A DNA stretch of 64,000 nucleotides from the IMG/VR virus record IMGVR_UViG_3300042868_009121, positions 32,001-96,000 of that record. One strand, 5' to 3'. Of the stretch, positions 18,123 through 27,485 are shown piece by piece (positions within the stretch are counted from its first letter, which is position 1; the number at the start of each line of letters is the position of its first letter). Position numbers and translations under genes: made by a program. This DNA comes from a virus. The notes under the pieces were generated by a model. It saw only the letters and a list, made by a program, of their open reading frames with translations. It made no database searches and had not been told where the DNA came from.

Positions 18123-18247
18123 TAATCTTTTTTTATATGGTTTTCTATATTTTTTATAACCTTTATATTTTGATCAATTAATTTACGATCTTTAAGGCCG
18201 TTCCTTCTAGACTTCATAGGTCTTGGTTTCGGTGATTTTTTTGCCAT
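18122..18247 (-). CDS. Small basic protein (41 aa; not in ORF track)
   Basis: MAKKSPKPRPMKSRRNGLKDRKLIDQNIKVIKNIENHIKKD, TAATG-coupled on both sides. Confidence 0.6.
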   Translation of the reverse strand: MAKKSPKPRPMKSRRNGLKDRKLIDQNIKVIKNIENHIKKD

Positions 18248-18522
18248 TATAACTCCTCCTCTACCGGCTCTTCTTTAGCTCCAGCTTTTTTATTTACAAA
18301 CTTATCAATTGAAGCTATACCAAAGCATCCTAATACTAACCACATGAATGCATCGAATATAAAATCATTAATTACTAATGGCTTACCTAAATATCCGGTT
18401 ACAATATCTGCTAATGCAAATCCTACCATCATTACGAAAGCTAAAAAGCCTACTACAGACTTTTCATTAATATCATTGTTGTCTTTAAACAACTTGATAA
18501 AAAAAGATTGTTTTGATTTCAC
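18247..18522 (-). CDS. 2-TM membrane protein, holin-like
   Basis: Two TMs, charged C-terminus, directly downstream of the endolysin. Confidence 0.6.
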   Translation of the reverse strand: MKSKQSFFIKLFKDNNDINEKSVVGFLAFVMMVGFALADIVTGYLGKPLVINDFIFDAFMWLVLGCFGIASIDKFVNKKAGAKEEPVEEEL

Positions 18523-18568
18523 TTGTTATACTTTTAATTAATAAATGTACAACCATTATGAAACTAAA

Positions 18569-19168
18569 CTACTTCAATAAGCTATAATACTCTTTGAAAT
18601 GCTTGATTCTGTCAGGAAGACCTATGGTACCACCATTTACTCTTTTGGTAACTGAAGTAACTACAGCATCTGTAGCACCTTGATCTGCAATTTTATGAAG
18701 ACCATTTTTATGGAAAAACCATGCAGCAGAAAGTAGAGGATACTTTGTTGCAACTAAATCTGGATTATCAATGATTGATTCGGCTACTACTGCATCGAAT
18801 GCTTTATAATTATCTTTTCCGGTTAATTGAATATAGCCTCTGCCACGAAATCTATAACCCTCTCCAGAAGCTTCAGGGCCATTACCCATTCTAGCTCCAT
18901 AAACTAGATTAGCAATTTTTTCTGGCTTGCGCTCATACAATTTAGCTTTTTCTTCTGTTGGGAAATACTTCTTGAATATACTCAATAGACCTTTTGCTCC
19001 GTAATTTAAATTTTCGTTAACTGCTTTAAATCCACCGGATTCGTGGCCTGCTTGAGCAAGAAAATGTGCTAAACGAAGTGGAGTGTTTAATTCAAATTTA
19101 GCAATTGTGTCTGGTAGCTGTGTAATAACAGCATCAGGGATATGCCCTTTAAGTTTGCTTATGTCCAT
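18569..19168 (-). CDS. Endolysin, glycoside hydrolase family 19
   Basis: RLAHFLAQAGHESGGF, ENLNY, YRFRGRGYIQLTGKDNY, SAAWFF, VTKRVNGG..GL.DR. Confidence 0.92.
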   Translation of the reverse strand: MDISKLKGHIPDAVITQLPDTIAKFELNTPLRLAHFLAQAGHESGGFKAVNENLNYGAKGLLSIFKKYFPTEEKAKLYERKPEKIANLVYGARMGNGPEASGEGYRFRGRGYIQLTGKDNYKAFDAVVAESIIDNPDLVATKYPLLSAAWFFHKNGLHKIADQGATDAVVTSVTKRVNGGTIGLPDRIKHFKEYYSLLK

Positions 19169-19218
19169 AGTATATAAATAATTTACTTAATTTATTTACA
19201 ACCTAGATTCAAAAACAA

Positions 19219-19362
19219 TTAAAGTATTATTTTGATTATGTCTCTTATTAAATCTTCTCTTCCTAAAAATTCTAAAGCTATTAAAGATACTCCTAGTGCC
19301 AATCCAAATAATTGCGCTATAATTATAAACTTTAAAGAAAACTCTATTAGGCGGTTTTTCAT
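19219..19362 (-). CDS. Small membrane protein (47 aa; not in ORF track)
   Basis: MKNRLIEFSLKFIIIAQLFGLALGVSLIALEFLG... with GTTATG start and ATATTTAT box. Confidence 0.55.
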   Translation of the reverse strand: MKNRLIEFSLKFIIIAQLFGLALGVSLIALEFLGREDLIRDIIKIIL

Positions 19363-19376
19363 AACATTTATAAATA

Positions 19377-19634
19377 TCATTTAAATTGGTTCAAAACTCT
19401 AGAAAGTTGATCTTTTGCCATAACTCCTGAGTTTCTGTATGCTACTTGACCTTGTCCATCTAGTATGATCAAAGTAGGTACTGATGTTACAGAATATCTT
19501 TCTGCAAAAGAAGCATCATAATCAACATTAATGTAGTTTATATTAACTCCCAATTCTCCAGATACCATTTCTACAACTGGTTTAAACATCTTACACGGTC
19601 CGCACCAAGGTGCTGTGAAATACAAAACTTGCAT
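19377..19634 (-). CDS. trxA: Thioredoxin
   Basis: WCGPC active site, SVPT cis-Pro loop. Confidence 0.92.
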   Translation of the reverse strand: MQVLYFTAPWCGPCKMFKPVVEMVSGELGVNINYINVDYDASFAERYSVTSVPTLIILDGQGQVAYRNSGVMAKDQLSRVLNQFK

Positions 19635-19635
19635 A

Positions 19636-20280
19636 TTAATTTATTTTAAATTTAAAGTTAGTTAATTTTTCTATTTCTTTTATATCTACTTCATTATTTT
19701 CAATTCCATCAGCTTTAGACTGATCATTATTAAATATATAAGCTTTCCATTCATTTTTGCTCTTTATATAAATAACTTTCCAACACTTATCAGGAACCGA
19801 TACTCTACCTATTTTTCTTTTTTCTCCTACTGAGCCTGTCCATACTTTAACTGAATCTAATGATTTAGCTAATTCTCTAGTACGCATTTCTAAAGTCTTC
19901 CAATCCCCTCTATTTAATTGTCCATATTGTGGAACCATATTAGAGAAATAAAAAGACTCTATCATAGCATCTTTACCAGAACACTGATTATCAGCTGCTG
20001 GAGCCATATGGCCACGATCAAAACCTGATTTGATATAATCACTAGCTAAATCGGTATAGGCGGCCAGAAGTGGGTCTGGTACAAATCTATCATGTCTTGG
20101 TATGGCTTTGTCACATTGAACCTTATTCTTTGTCACCCACCATTCAACTAGTACAGGATACTTTAAAGATTTTGAAAATACAGTAATATACTCTTTATGG
20201 AACAATCTCACTGTATCTTGTGCCTTTAATGACACACTAAGGAAAAGAACTATCGTTGTGGATAATAATGTTCTAAACAT
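19636..20280 (-). CDS. DNA/RNA non-specific endonuclease (NucA/EndoG family) with signal peptide
   Basis: FDRGHMAPAAD, SFYFSNMVPQ...LNRGDWK.LE; N-terminal signal-like segment. Confidence 0.9.
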   Translation of the reverse strand: MFRTLLSTTIVLFLSVSLKAQDTVRLFHKEYITVFSKSLKYPVLVEWWVTKNKVQCDKAIPRHDRFVPDPLLAAYTDLASDYIKSGFDRGHMAPAADNQCSGKDAMIESFYFSNMVPQYGQLNRGDWKTLEMRTRELAKSLDSVKVWTGSVGEKRKIGRVSVPDKCWKVIYIKSKNEWKAYIFNNDQSKADGIENNEVDIKEIEKLTNFKFKIN

Positions 20281-20450
20281 TCTTTATTATAAATATCTTT
20301 TGTCCTCATATACCTTTTAGGTGTAAAAGTATACGAATGCTTAGGCCTATTCTTTTTTTCCCACTCTGCATATTGATCTTCTTTAAGCCAGTGATCTGTT
20401 TGTTTTTTCATTGTTTTAAGTAATAAGTCCCGTCTTTGTTCGTACGTCAT
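20250..20450 (-). CDS. Hypothetical protein
   Basis: ORF just downstream of a TATATTTG box (20455-20462). Confidence 0.55.
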   Translation of the reverse strand: MTYEQRRDLLLKTMKKQTDHWLKEDQYAEWEKKNRPKHSYTFTPKRYMRTKDIYNKECLEHYYPQR

Positions 20451-20531
20451 ATATCAAATATAAGCAAATTTTATTATCGTATGATAAAAATGTTTATAGT
20501 AATAGTGTATTAGGTTGATATTTATTTATAT

Positions 20532-20780
20532 ATGATGTTAGTAGAAGAAATACCGTGGTTGCACTTTGTAAAACTAAATCACATTAGAAAAATGTCTTTA
20601 AATGAGCAGGTTAGTGCTTATAGACAACATCTTTGTGATATTGAACAGATACGAATGTGTGGAGGAAAATCAAAAACTAAAGTAATTGGAAATATAGGTT
20701 ATCTTCAACAAGAAGATTTAAATTATATTTTACAAGAAGACGGATCAAAAATATTTGTAACAGGAATAAAAGAAGTATAA
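20532..20780 (+). CDS. Hypothetical protein
   Basis: ATATTTAT box upstream; C-terminal LQQED..ILQEDGSKI motif of the kind seen in virion proteins. Confidence 0.6.
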   Translation: MMLVEEIPWLHFVKLNHIRKMSLNEQVSAYRQHLCDIEQIRMCGGKSKTKVIGNIGYLQQEDLNYILQEDGSKIFVTGIKEV

Positions 20781-20781
20781 A

Positions 20782-21429
20782 ATGCCAGATTTACCAATAT
20801 CAGGATTACCAGCAGCAAATTTACCTTTAGATGGAACAGAATTATTTGCGACAGTTCAAGGAGGAATAACTAAATACTCAACATTAAATTCAGTAAACTA
20901 TATTCCTGGTAATAGCTATGGATTATATGCTCAAATAGTAAATAGCACTCCTGTAACTGCTACAACATCAGAATTATCTTTAATAAATAGTACTGATGGT
21001 ATAGGTACATTAACTGTTCCTGCTAATGGTTTTAGAGTCGGAGATAGTTTTAGAGCGGATTTTGGTGGTCAGTTTTCTTCTAAGAATAATGATACTATAA
21101 GAATTAGAGTTAAAACAGGAAATGTAATCTTAGCAGATAGTGGAGTACAAACTATGTCAGCAGCAGTTGATGACATTTGGCAACTCTCTATTAATTTTAC
21201 AATTAGAGAACTTGGAGCAGCAGGAGTAGCAGATATTGTTTCACTTGGTGTATTTCATACTACAAAACAATCTAACGGTGCTCCGCAAGGATTTGCTTTT
21301 AATACTATTAATAATACAACATTTAGTACTACAGTAACAAATGTTTTAGATGTTACAGCTCAGTTTAGTTCAAATAGTCCTTTAAATTCAATATTTACAG
21401 ACATATTCGTATTGAATAAAATCTATTAA
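20782..21429 (+). CDS. Putative virion/fibre-associated beta-rich protein
   Basis: MPDLPISGLPAA start; T/S/G/N-rich composition. Confidence 0.6.
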   Translation: MPDLPISGLPAANLPLDGTELFATVQGGITKYSTLNSVNYIPGNSYGLYAQIVNSTPVTATTSELSLINSTDGIGTLTVPANGFRVGDSFRADFGGQFSSKNNDTIRIRVKTGNVILADSGVQTMSAAVDDIWQLSINFTIRELGAAGVADIVSLGVFHTTKQSNGAPQGFAFNTINNTTFSTTVTNVLDVTAQFSSNSPLNSIFTDIFVLNKIY

Positions 21430-22502
21430 TTACTTAAGGGAGCTTTTATTTTTGAATGCGATTGATAATTTATTAACTCAAAACAATCTGGTCTGTAACT
21501 TAGTATTTTTTCGCTAAATGTTTTTTCTCCAAGATGTTCTTTAACTGCTTCATGCATATACCAATTCCTTTCAGTTATTTGAACTTTAGGTAATTCATAT
21601 GGAGTTCTAGTAATTTGTTCTTTAGCTTGTTCAATATGGTTATTATACAAATGAACGTCACCTAAATTACCAATTAAATCTTCAGGCACCATGTTTACTT
21701 CTTTAGCAATAATCTCAAGTAGTAGTGCATATGAAGCAATATTGAATGGTAGACCAAGGAATGTATCTACTGAACGTTGATTCCACATTAGAGAGATTGC
21801 TCTTCTTGGAATGTTTCGTTGTTCTAAACGATTTATAGCTACATTATGTAAACCATCTGGCGGCCAGTCGTATTTGGCAATGCTATACCTTTCTTTTAAA
21901 CTCAACTTTCTCGTATAAACTTGAAAACCATAATGACAAGGCGGAAGTACCATTTGATTTAATTCACCTACATTCCAAGCACTAACCATTAATCTTCTAC
22001 TATCTGGATTTATTTTGAGTTCTGAGATTAGGTTTGCGATTTGGTCTACGTGTTCAGTACCTTTATAGAATACGCTTCTACTATTCCAGTTTCTCCATTG
22101 CTTACCATAGATTGGTCCTAACTCCCCCCACTGTTTAGCAAACTCATCATCTGTTTTTATTTTTTCTACAAATGCTTCTTCCTTTGTAACAAACGGACCC
22201 CAATCAATTTCGCCGTTATATTTTTCATAGTTCTTAATTGCATCACCATTCCAAATATGACAACCATTATCAACAAGGTATTTGATATTAGTATCACCTC
22301 TTAGGAACCATAGTAACTCTGTTACCATAGTTTTCCACGCCATCTTTTTTGTAGTTAGCAATGGAAAGCCTTCTTTCATATTGTGCCTAATTTGCCAACC
22401 AAAGATTGATTTAGTGCCTGTACCTGTACGGTCTTTCTTATCTATACCAAAATGTAAGATATGTTCTAATATTTCTTTATACTGACGGTCTATATTATTC
22501 AT
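21426..22502 (-). CDS. thyA: Thymidylate synthase
   Basis: DRTGTGT, FPLLTTKK, ELLWFLRG, LGPIYGKQWR, LPPCH, QRSVDTFLGLPFNIASY. Confidence 0.96.
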   Translation of the reverse strand: MNNIDRQYKEILEHILHFGIDKKDRTGTGTKSIFGWQIRHNMKEGFPLLTTKKMAWKTMVTELLWFLRGDTNIKYLVDNGCHIWNGDAIKNYEKYNGEIDWGPFVTKEEAFVEKIKTDDEFAKQWGELGPIYGKQWRNWNSRSVFYKGTEHVDQIANLISELKINPDSRRLMVSAWNVGELNQMVLPPCHYGFQVYTRKLSLKERYSIAKYDWPPDGLHNVAINRLEQRNIPRRAISLMWNQRSVDTFLGLPFNIASYALLLEIIAKEVNMVPEDLIGNLGDVHLYNNHIEQAKEQITRTPYELPKVQITERNWYMHEAVKEHLGEKTFSEKILSYRPDCFELINYQSHSKIKAPLSN

Positions 22503-22825
22503 TATTCAGTCATTGATAAGCGCTTATTAAATTCAGATGCTGCTGCATAGTTTTCATCTTCTAACATCTCAAGAGCAATATAATAGCGATTTAATTGAGT
22601 TTCATATACAAATAATTCACTTTTAATACTATCTGCAAAATTTTCTGCTTGTAATACTCTAGTTTGTAAACTATCACAAATTGATTGAACTTCTTTTAGT
22701 TGCTTTTGTGAAGATGATGTAAAATAAACTTGAATAAATAGCATTGCCATAGCTACTATGACAGCCGTAGTTAAAACCTTTACCATATTTAATTGTTTAG
22801 TATATTTCGTCGTAGATGTTTTCAT
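22502..22825 (-). CDS. TM plus coiled-coil hypothetical protein
   Basis: ORF with one hydrophobic segment. Confidence 0.6.
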   Translation of the reverse strand: MKTSTTKYTKQLNMVKVLTTAVIVAMAMLFIQVYFTSSSQKQLKEVQSICDSLQTRVLQAENFADSIKSELFVYETQLNRYYIALEMLEDENYAAASEFNKRLSMTE

Positions 22826-22988
22826 CGGCCATCTCCCTACCTGCTACTCTATTTACAGCTTCTCTTTCATCTAAAAAATCTTCTCCTTTATAATCTGGGT
22901 GTTTTTTCTTCATATAGTCAATACCTCCTACCCACAGCCATACAAGTGCTGCTAATAGAGTGAAAGCGATAGCATAAATTATAAACAT
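22797..22988 (-). CDS. Small membrane protein
   Basis: TM followed by GIDYMKKKHPDYKGEDFL. Confidence 0.6.
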   Translation of the reverse strand: MFIIYAIAFTLLAALVWLWVGGIDYMKKKHPDYKGEDFLDEREAVNRVAGREMADENIYDEIY

Positions 22989-22999
22989 AGTATATTATT

Positions 23000-23575
23000 T
23001 TAGTCCCACCAGGTTCTAAGATCTGATCCATCCCAATCTTTGTATTCCTTATACTTCTTTCCATGGATGATCTCGCAAAACTCTTTCCACTCTTTTTGCT
23101 CTAACCTATGAGCTTCTTTATATACTTTTCTTTGATGATCTTTCTCTTCAGGAGTGTCATCATCAGCTAGCATATAAAAGTCTTCATTTCCTGTTTCTAT
23201 AAATCTGAGTGGTTTATAGTTAATTTGTCCGTGAATTTTTTCCGCCATCATGATATAGTTTGAATCAACTATGTTATCAATAATTTGACAGAGCCTCCTC
23301 ATTTTTATTATCTTTTTATCACTGGACTCTTTAACTTCATAACCTTTTGTTTCCATTCCGTTAGCCTGTATTTCTACAGACTTTCTCAGCATCATTAGAG
23401 TAAAGCTATGATCCCACCATCTATGAGACCACAACTCACGGCGAAACCTCCATACGTTCTTAAAGAACTCAGGAAGTTGTTTCACTATGGTATTATAAGT
23501 CCTATAAATAAGACTAGACTCCCACGTTAACCTCTTCAGACTTTGAAAAAAGGAATTTTTTGCTTTGACTTCCAT
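23000..23575 (-). CDS. Hypothetical protein
   Basis: Trp-rich ORF ending in WWD. Confidence 0.7.
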   Translation of the reverse strand: MEVKAKNSFFQSLKRLTWESSLIYRTYNTIVKQLPEFFKNVWRFRRELWSHRWWDHSFTLMMLRKSVEIQANGMETKGYEVKESSDKKIIKMRRLCQIIDNIVDSNYIMMAEKIHGQINYKPLRFIETGNEDFYMLADDDTPEEKDHQRKVYKEAHRLEQKEWKEFCEIIHGKKYKEYKDWDGSDLRTWWD

Positions 23576-23626
23576 AACCTTTCTTTTGATAAATATATAA
23601 TAATAAAATTAAAGAAAAAAATATTT

Positions 23627-24121
23627 TTATAAAGCTATTTTTGGCATAGGTTTAAGGTTTTGAGTAACTGTTCCCTTTAACTCTTTCATGTATTCATAGA
23701 GCTCTAATGTTGTACCATTAAAAGATTCCATGATAGAATCTAACTCTTCTTCAGATACTTTAAATTCTTTCTTGAAGTCTTTCTTCATGTTTTTAATTAT
23801 CTCTGTTTCTTCTTTTAGGAAGTCTTCATGAAGCTTTTTGTATCTGGCTCTAAATAAACTTATCTTGTCTAATTTTTCTTCGTAACTCTTTAAATGCTGA
23901 GTAGCGTCTTCAAGTAAATAGTTTTCGTGTTCTGCCTGATAATAGTAGTCAGATGTTTCATAATCACCATTAAGTATCTTCTCATAAAGAGTGCGATAAG
24001 GATGCAGGGTTTGCCTTTGTTGATAGCGTCTCCACCAAACAAATTGATTGTAAGTTTTTCTTGACAATTGAGAGAGTCTTTTTTCAATATGCTCTCTCTC
24101 CATTTTAGTTTCGAATATCAT
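23627..24121 (-). CDS. Hypothetical protein
   Basis: ORF with GTTATG start. Confidence 0.7.
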   Translation of the reverse strand: MIFETKMEREHIEKRLSQLSRKTYNQFVWWRRYQQRQTLHPYRTLYEKILNGDYETSDYYYQAEHENYLLEDATQHLKSYEEKLDKISLFRARYKKLHEDFLKEETEIIKNMKKDFKKEFKVSEEELDSIMESFNGTTLELYEYMKELKGTVTQNLKPMPKIAL

Positions 24122-24138
24122 AACCTTTATTTTTTTGT

Positions 24139-24786
24139 TTAGTTGAACATGTCGTAATGCCTAGGATAAACGTGTAGATTTGTAATAAACCAATGCATTT
24201 GACCTACTGGATAGCCTGTCTTTTCTGAAACTAATTCCATTAGTTTAGCAAATGTGTATTGGTCGTTACAGAAACCAAACACAAGATCAATGGATCTAGC
24301 AAAGACTGTAAGATGTAGTTTATCGTTTTTGATATAGAAATTAAGTACGTCATTACAAGGTGTATCATATTTGTATCTATCTATTTCGTGTAGAATATAA
24401 TGTACAACAATTGCTCGACGTGTTTCTTTATTTCTTTTTAGTTCGCTAATAACTTTGTTAAGTTGTTCATTATAATTCCAGAAGTATCCGTAATTAGAGT
24501 TTACCTCTGTAGTATATGGTATCATCATTTGGTTCCATATCTTAGCACGTTCTGCAATTTGTTTAGCATCTCTATCTCCTTTAACATACCATTCCCATTC
24601 ATATTCTGCATAATCTTGGTTAAACTTACGTCTAGGAGTTGTAATTACTTTATCTGCTGGATTATCGACTGTAAAAGAAACATTGAACTTAGCTTTAGTA
24701 TTAGCAAAGTCTTCACCTGTATCTATGATATAATGAAATAAGTTTTCAAATGCACTAGTAGGGGTCGAATAAATTTTATTGTCCAT
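24139..24786 (-). CDS. Thymidylate-synthase-fold dCMP hydroxymethylase-like enzyme (T4 gp42-like)
   Basis: NSNYG, TRRA, catalytic PC, and RSIDLVFGFCND with Asp at the position that is Asn in dUMP-specific ThyA. Confidence 0.8.
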   Translation of the reverse strand: MDNKIYSTPTSAFENLFHYIIDTGEDFANTKAKFNVSFTVDNPADKVITTPRRKFNQDYAEYEWEWYVKGDRDAKQIAERAKIWNQMMIPYTTEVNSNYGYFWNYNEQLNKVISELKRNKETRRAIVVHYILHEIDRYKYDTPCNDVLNFYIKNDKLHLTVFARSIDLVFGFCNDQYTFAKLMELVSEKTGYPVGQMHWFITNLHVYPRHYDMFN

Positions 24787-25243
24787 ATTGTTCTACTTGT
24801 ATAAATTGTGATAAAAAGTCTATGCCTTGAGTATTTCGATATACATTCAAATATACAACTTTTTTTATTCCTGATTGCAAAATAAGTTTAGAGCAGTCTA
24901 AACAAGGACTAAGTGTTAAGTACAAAGTGGAACCATCTACAGAGTTGCCTGTTTTTGCTGCTTTAAGAATGGCATTAACTTCTGCATGGATAACATGGGG
25001 CAGAGTGACATCATCTTTCTCACAAGTGTTGTCCATACCTGCAGGAGTGCCATTATATCCAAATGATATTATATTGCCATCTTTAACTAAAACTGCGCCG
25101 ACTTTTGATCGAACGCAGTGTGACAGAGTAGAAGTTTCCTTAGCTATGTTAATAAATACTCTGTTTAGTATTTTTTGCTTAAAGTCCTGTAGAACCGAAT
25201 CCACCTGAGCCTCTTTGTGTATTTCTGTTTGGTAATTCATCAA
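24776..25243 (-). CDS. dCMP deaminase (ComEB-like)
   Basis: KVGAVLV, GYNGTP, HAEVNAI, SPCLDC. Start uncertain because it overlaps dUTPase. Confidence 0.92.
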   Translation of the reverse strand: MMNYQTEIHKEAQVDSVLQDFKQKILNRVFINIAKETSTLSHCVRSKVGAVLVKDGNIISFGYNGTPAGMDNTCEKDDVTLPHVIHAEVNAILKAAKTGNSVDGSTLYLTLSPCLDCSKLILQSGIKKVVYLNVYRNTQGIDFLSQFIQVEQYGQ

Positions 25244-25607
25244 CTTCTAATATATCTAGGTAACCAACTGGAATTAAAACGAACTGAACTAATTTTTGTC
25301 CTGTAACAATAGTTTGATCTTTATCAGATGTATTAATCATGTGGAGATGAACTTCTCCTTCATAGTCTTCATCTACTACGCAAGCACCTACTGATAGTCC
25401 TTGCTTAACAGCTACACCTGATTTATTAAATGCTACTAGAGCATAGCCTCTAGGAACTTGTACTCTAACACCTGATGGGATCAATACTGATTCACCTGGC
25501 TTTAGTATTGTAGTTTCAAAATCCTCAGGTACATAAAAATCAATTCCTGCTGATGCTTCTGTGCCCCTATTTGGGGTCTTTACGTTTCGTAACTTTTGTA
25601 TCTTCAT
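25179..25607 (-). CDS. dut: Trimeric dUTPase
   Basis: AGIDF, KSG, VDEDYEGE, Q motif, RGSGGFGSTG. Likely start MKIQK at 25607. Confidence 0.93.
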   Translation of the reverse strand: MKIQKLRNVKTPNRGTEASAGIDFYVPEDFETTILKPGESVLIPSGVRVQVPRGYALVAFNKSGVAVKQGLSVGACVVDEDYEGEVHLHMINTSDKDQTIVTGQKLVQFVLIPVGYLDILEVDELPNRNTQRGSGGFGSTGL

Positions 25608-25872
25608 TTTGAACATTGTTTTGATAATCATTTAGTGAAGCAATATACGCAACACAATCTAATAAATTGTCTTCTTTATGGTTGTAAGCTTGTCTTGATA
25701 ACTTTAATGCAATCATTGCGTTATACATATCAACTGCAGTTAGTTCTTTACGACTTAATAACGATGCAATTTTAGCTGCTTCTTGCATACCTTCTTGCAT
25801 TGGCCCATATTGACGGGCTTTCTCTTCAGATCTCTTGTAGATAATCTCGTTTGCTTGTTCTAGTATATTCAT
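25567..25872 (-). CDS. DUF6378-like all-alpha protein (possible dNTP pyrophosphohydrolase)
   Basis: ILEQANEII...RQYG...MIALKLSR...HKEDNLLD..AY. Confidence 0.6.
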   Translation of the reverse strand: MNILEQANEIIYKRSEEKARQYGPMQEGMQEAAKIASLLSRKELTAVDMYNAMIALKLSRQAYNHKEDNLLDCVAYIASLNDYQNNVQNEDTKVTKRKDPK

Positions 25873-25908
25873 GGAATAAATATAAAACAGAATTAATAAA
25901 TGGTAAAA

Positions 25909-26796
25909 CTATTCTCCTAAGTACTTAATAATATCAGACTTATCACCCCACTCTCTTTGAGAGTCTACATCACTTGGTTTAATTGTAGGCTTAGGCATAT
26001 TTCTAGCAACATTCCAGAACCAATTTCCAGAGTGACCATAACGTTTCATATAATCCCAACCTTTTGCATCATAGGTTTTGATACAATCAAATGGAGTATC
26101 GATGTCACAATCTTTAAGGAACTCTTTATGATACGCATAAAATTTAGCTCTACCTAATTCACCTGGTTGCACATTTCTTGCAACTGCTACTGCATTAAAT
26201 TTAGTATCTGGAAGTGCAATCTGAAGCGTTCTAGATAATACGCCTGTTGAGAATACACTCCACAATTCATCTATATTTTTATCTTTAAATGCTTCATGAA
26301 ATATCTTAACTCCGCCTGCTACAACTTGTTCATGTTTAAGACCGAATGGTAAATATTTTGCACCGATCTTTTTTGCAAAATCTTTTGCCCAACCATTAAT
26401 AGTAGGCATAGCAGGAGTTTTCAAGAATATAGGAGTCGCTCCATCTTCAATAACACGTAGTTGATGCTCAGATGCTTCTTTAGATGCTGGCATAAATAGT
26501 ATCAACTTTTTATTATACTTTTTAGCAAGATATGTTAATGAGTATGGAGCGTACCCTGTTCTAGGTGCAACATAAACTAAAGCATCTTCTTTTACTTGAC
26601 TAATCATAAAGTCTCCCATCTTTGCCTTACTACCATATTGAAACTCACCATCATCGATTATATTAAAACCTTCTGCTTGTTTTAATTTAAATTCAAAATC
26701 TGGTTTGTAGTTTTTCGTCATTTCAAGATAGTAGTTTAAATCTCTACCATCTGACATGTCTAAGTTAGATTGATCTGTTGCTTTGTTTATGAACAT
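25909..26796 (-). CDS. PLP-dependent enzyme (fold type II-like) in the DNA-modification cluster
   Basis: GSKAK PLP-lysine region, LVYVAPRTGYA, LPFGL.H, FSTGVL, YDAK.W. Confidence 0.7.
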   Translation of the reverse strand: MFINKATDQSNLDMSDGRDLNYYLEMTKNYKPDFEFKLKQAEGFNIIDDGEFQYGSKAKMGDFMISQVKEDALVYVAPRTGYAPYSLTYLAKKYNKKLILFMPASKEASEHQLRVIEDGATPIFLKTPAMPTINGWAKDFAKKIGAKYLPFGLKHEQVVAGGVKIFHEAFKDKNIDELWSVFSTGVLSRTLQIALPDTKFNAVAVARNVQPGELGRAKFYAYHKEFLKDCDIDTPFDCIKTYDAKGWDYMKRYGHSGNWFWNVARNMPKPTIKPSDVDSQREWGDKSDIIKYLGE

Positions 26797-26798
26797 TT

Positions 26799-27485
26799 TT
26801 ATTTCTTTTCTTGAAGTTCTTTACTTAAATTACTAACCGGAACTGGTGTTCCTACAGGATATGGGAATCCTTCTTTAGCTGCAGTAATAGACGTCATTCC
26901 TGTTTTAACCGGAATAGCTTTACGTAGTGGAACTGCTGCTTCATTAAGTGGACCGTATACTTTTGCCAATACAATACCTGTAGATGTTGTATCAAAGATA
27001 ATTCCTGGCATAGCAAACATATTACTTTCACTTGTACTTGGATTATCAAGGTTTATAACAAATGCACGATTTACTGGAGGTAGTAATTCCCACTCTTTAG
27101 TTTCAGGATTAAACTGAGGTACTACCGTTGTTGAATCAAAATACCAGAATAGAGACCATGCTGTACCATTAGTTCCATCAGGAGTTTGAAAGTTTTCAGC
27201 TACATTGAATTTTCCATAAGTTCCACTAATGCCTTCCATTGCTAAATTAGAAATAGATGGTCCGTCTAATACAGGGCATATTGCACATCCTTCATCATAT
27301 TCAACTCCTTGAACGATAATCTTTTTTCCAGTAGGAATTGCTCCAGATGCACCGCAAAAAGCAAAAGATCCTTCGTGTACCTTTACTATTTTATCAAATT
27401 TAAGATCTTCAACTATCTCAGTGTTTGTCTTACAACTAACTAACATTACTAGTAGACTAACTACCATGAGTGCGCTTTTTTTCAT
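26799..27485 (-). CDS. Hypothetical lipoprotein
   Basis: Lipobox LVSC; several cysteines. Confidence 0.7.
   Translation of the reverse strand: MKKSALMVVSLLVMLVSCKTNTEIVEDLKFDKIVKVHEGSFAFCGASGAIPTGKKIIVQGVEYDEGCAICPVLDGPSISNLAMEGISGTYGKFNVAENFQTPDGTNGTAWSLFWYFDSTTVVPQFNPETKEWELLPPVNRAFVINLDNPSTSESNMFAMPGIIFDTTSTGIVLAKVYGPLNEAAVPLRKAIPVKTGMTSITAAKEGFPYPVGTPVPVSNLSKELQEKK

Noticed and set aside
23890-24087. Nested - strand ORF
   Set aside because: It is an out-of-frame overlap inside 23627-24121 with no supporting signals.
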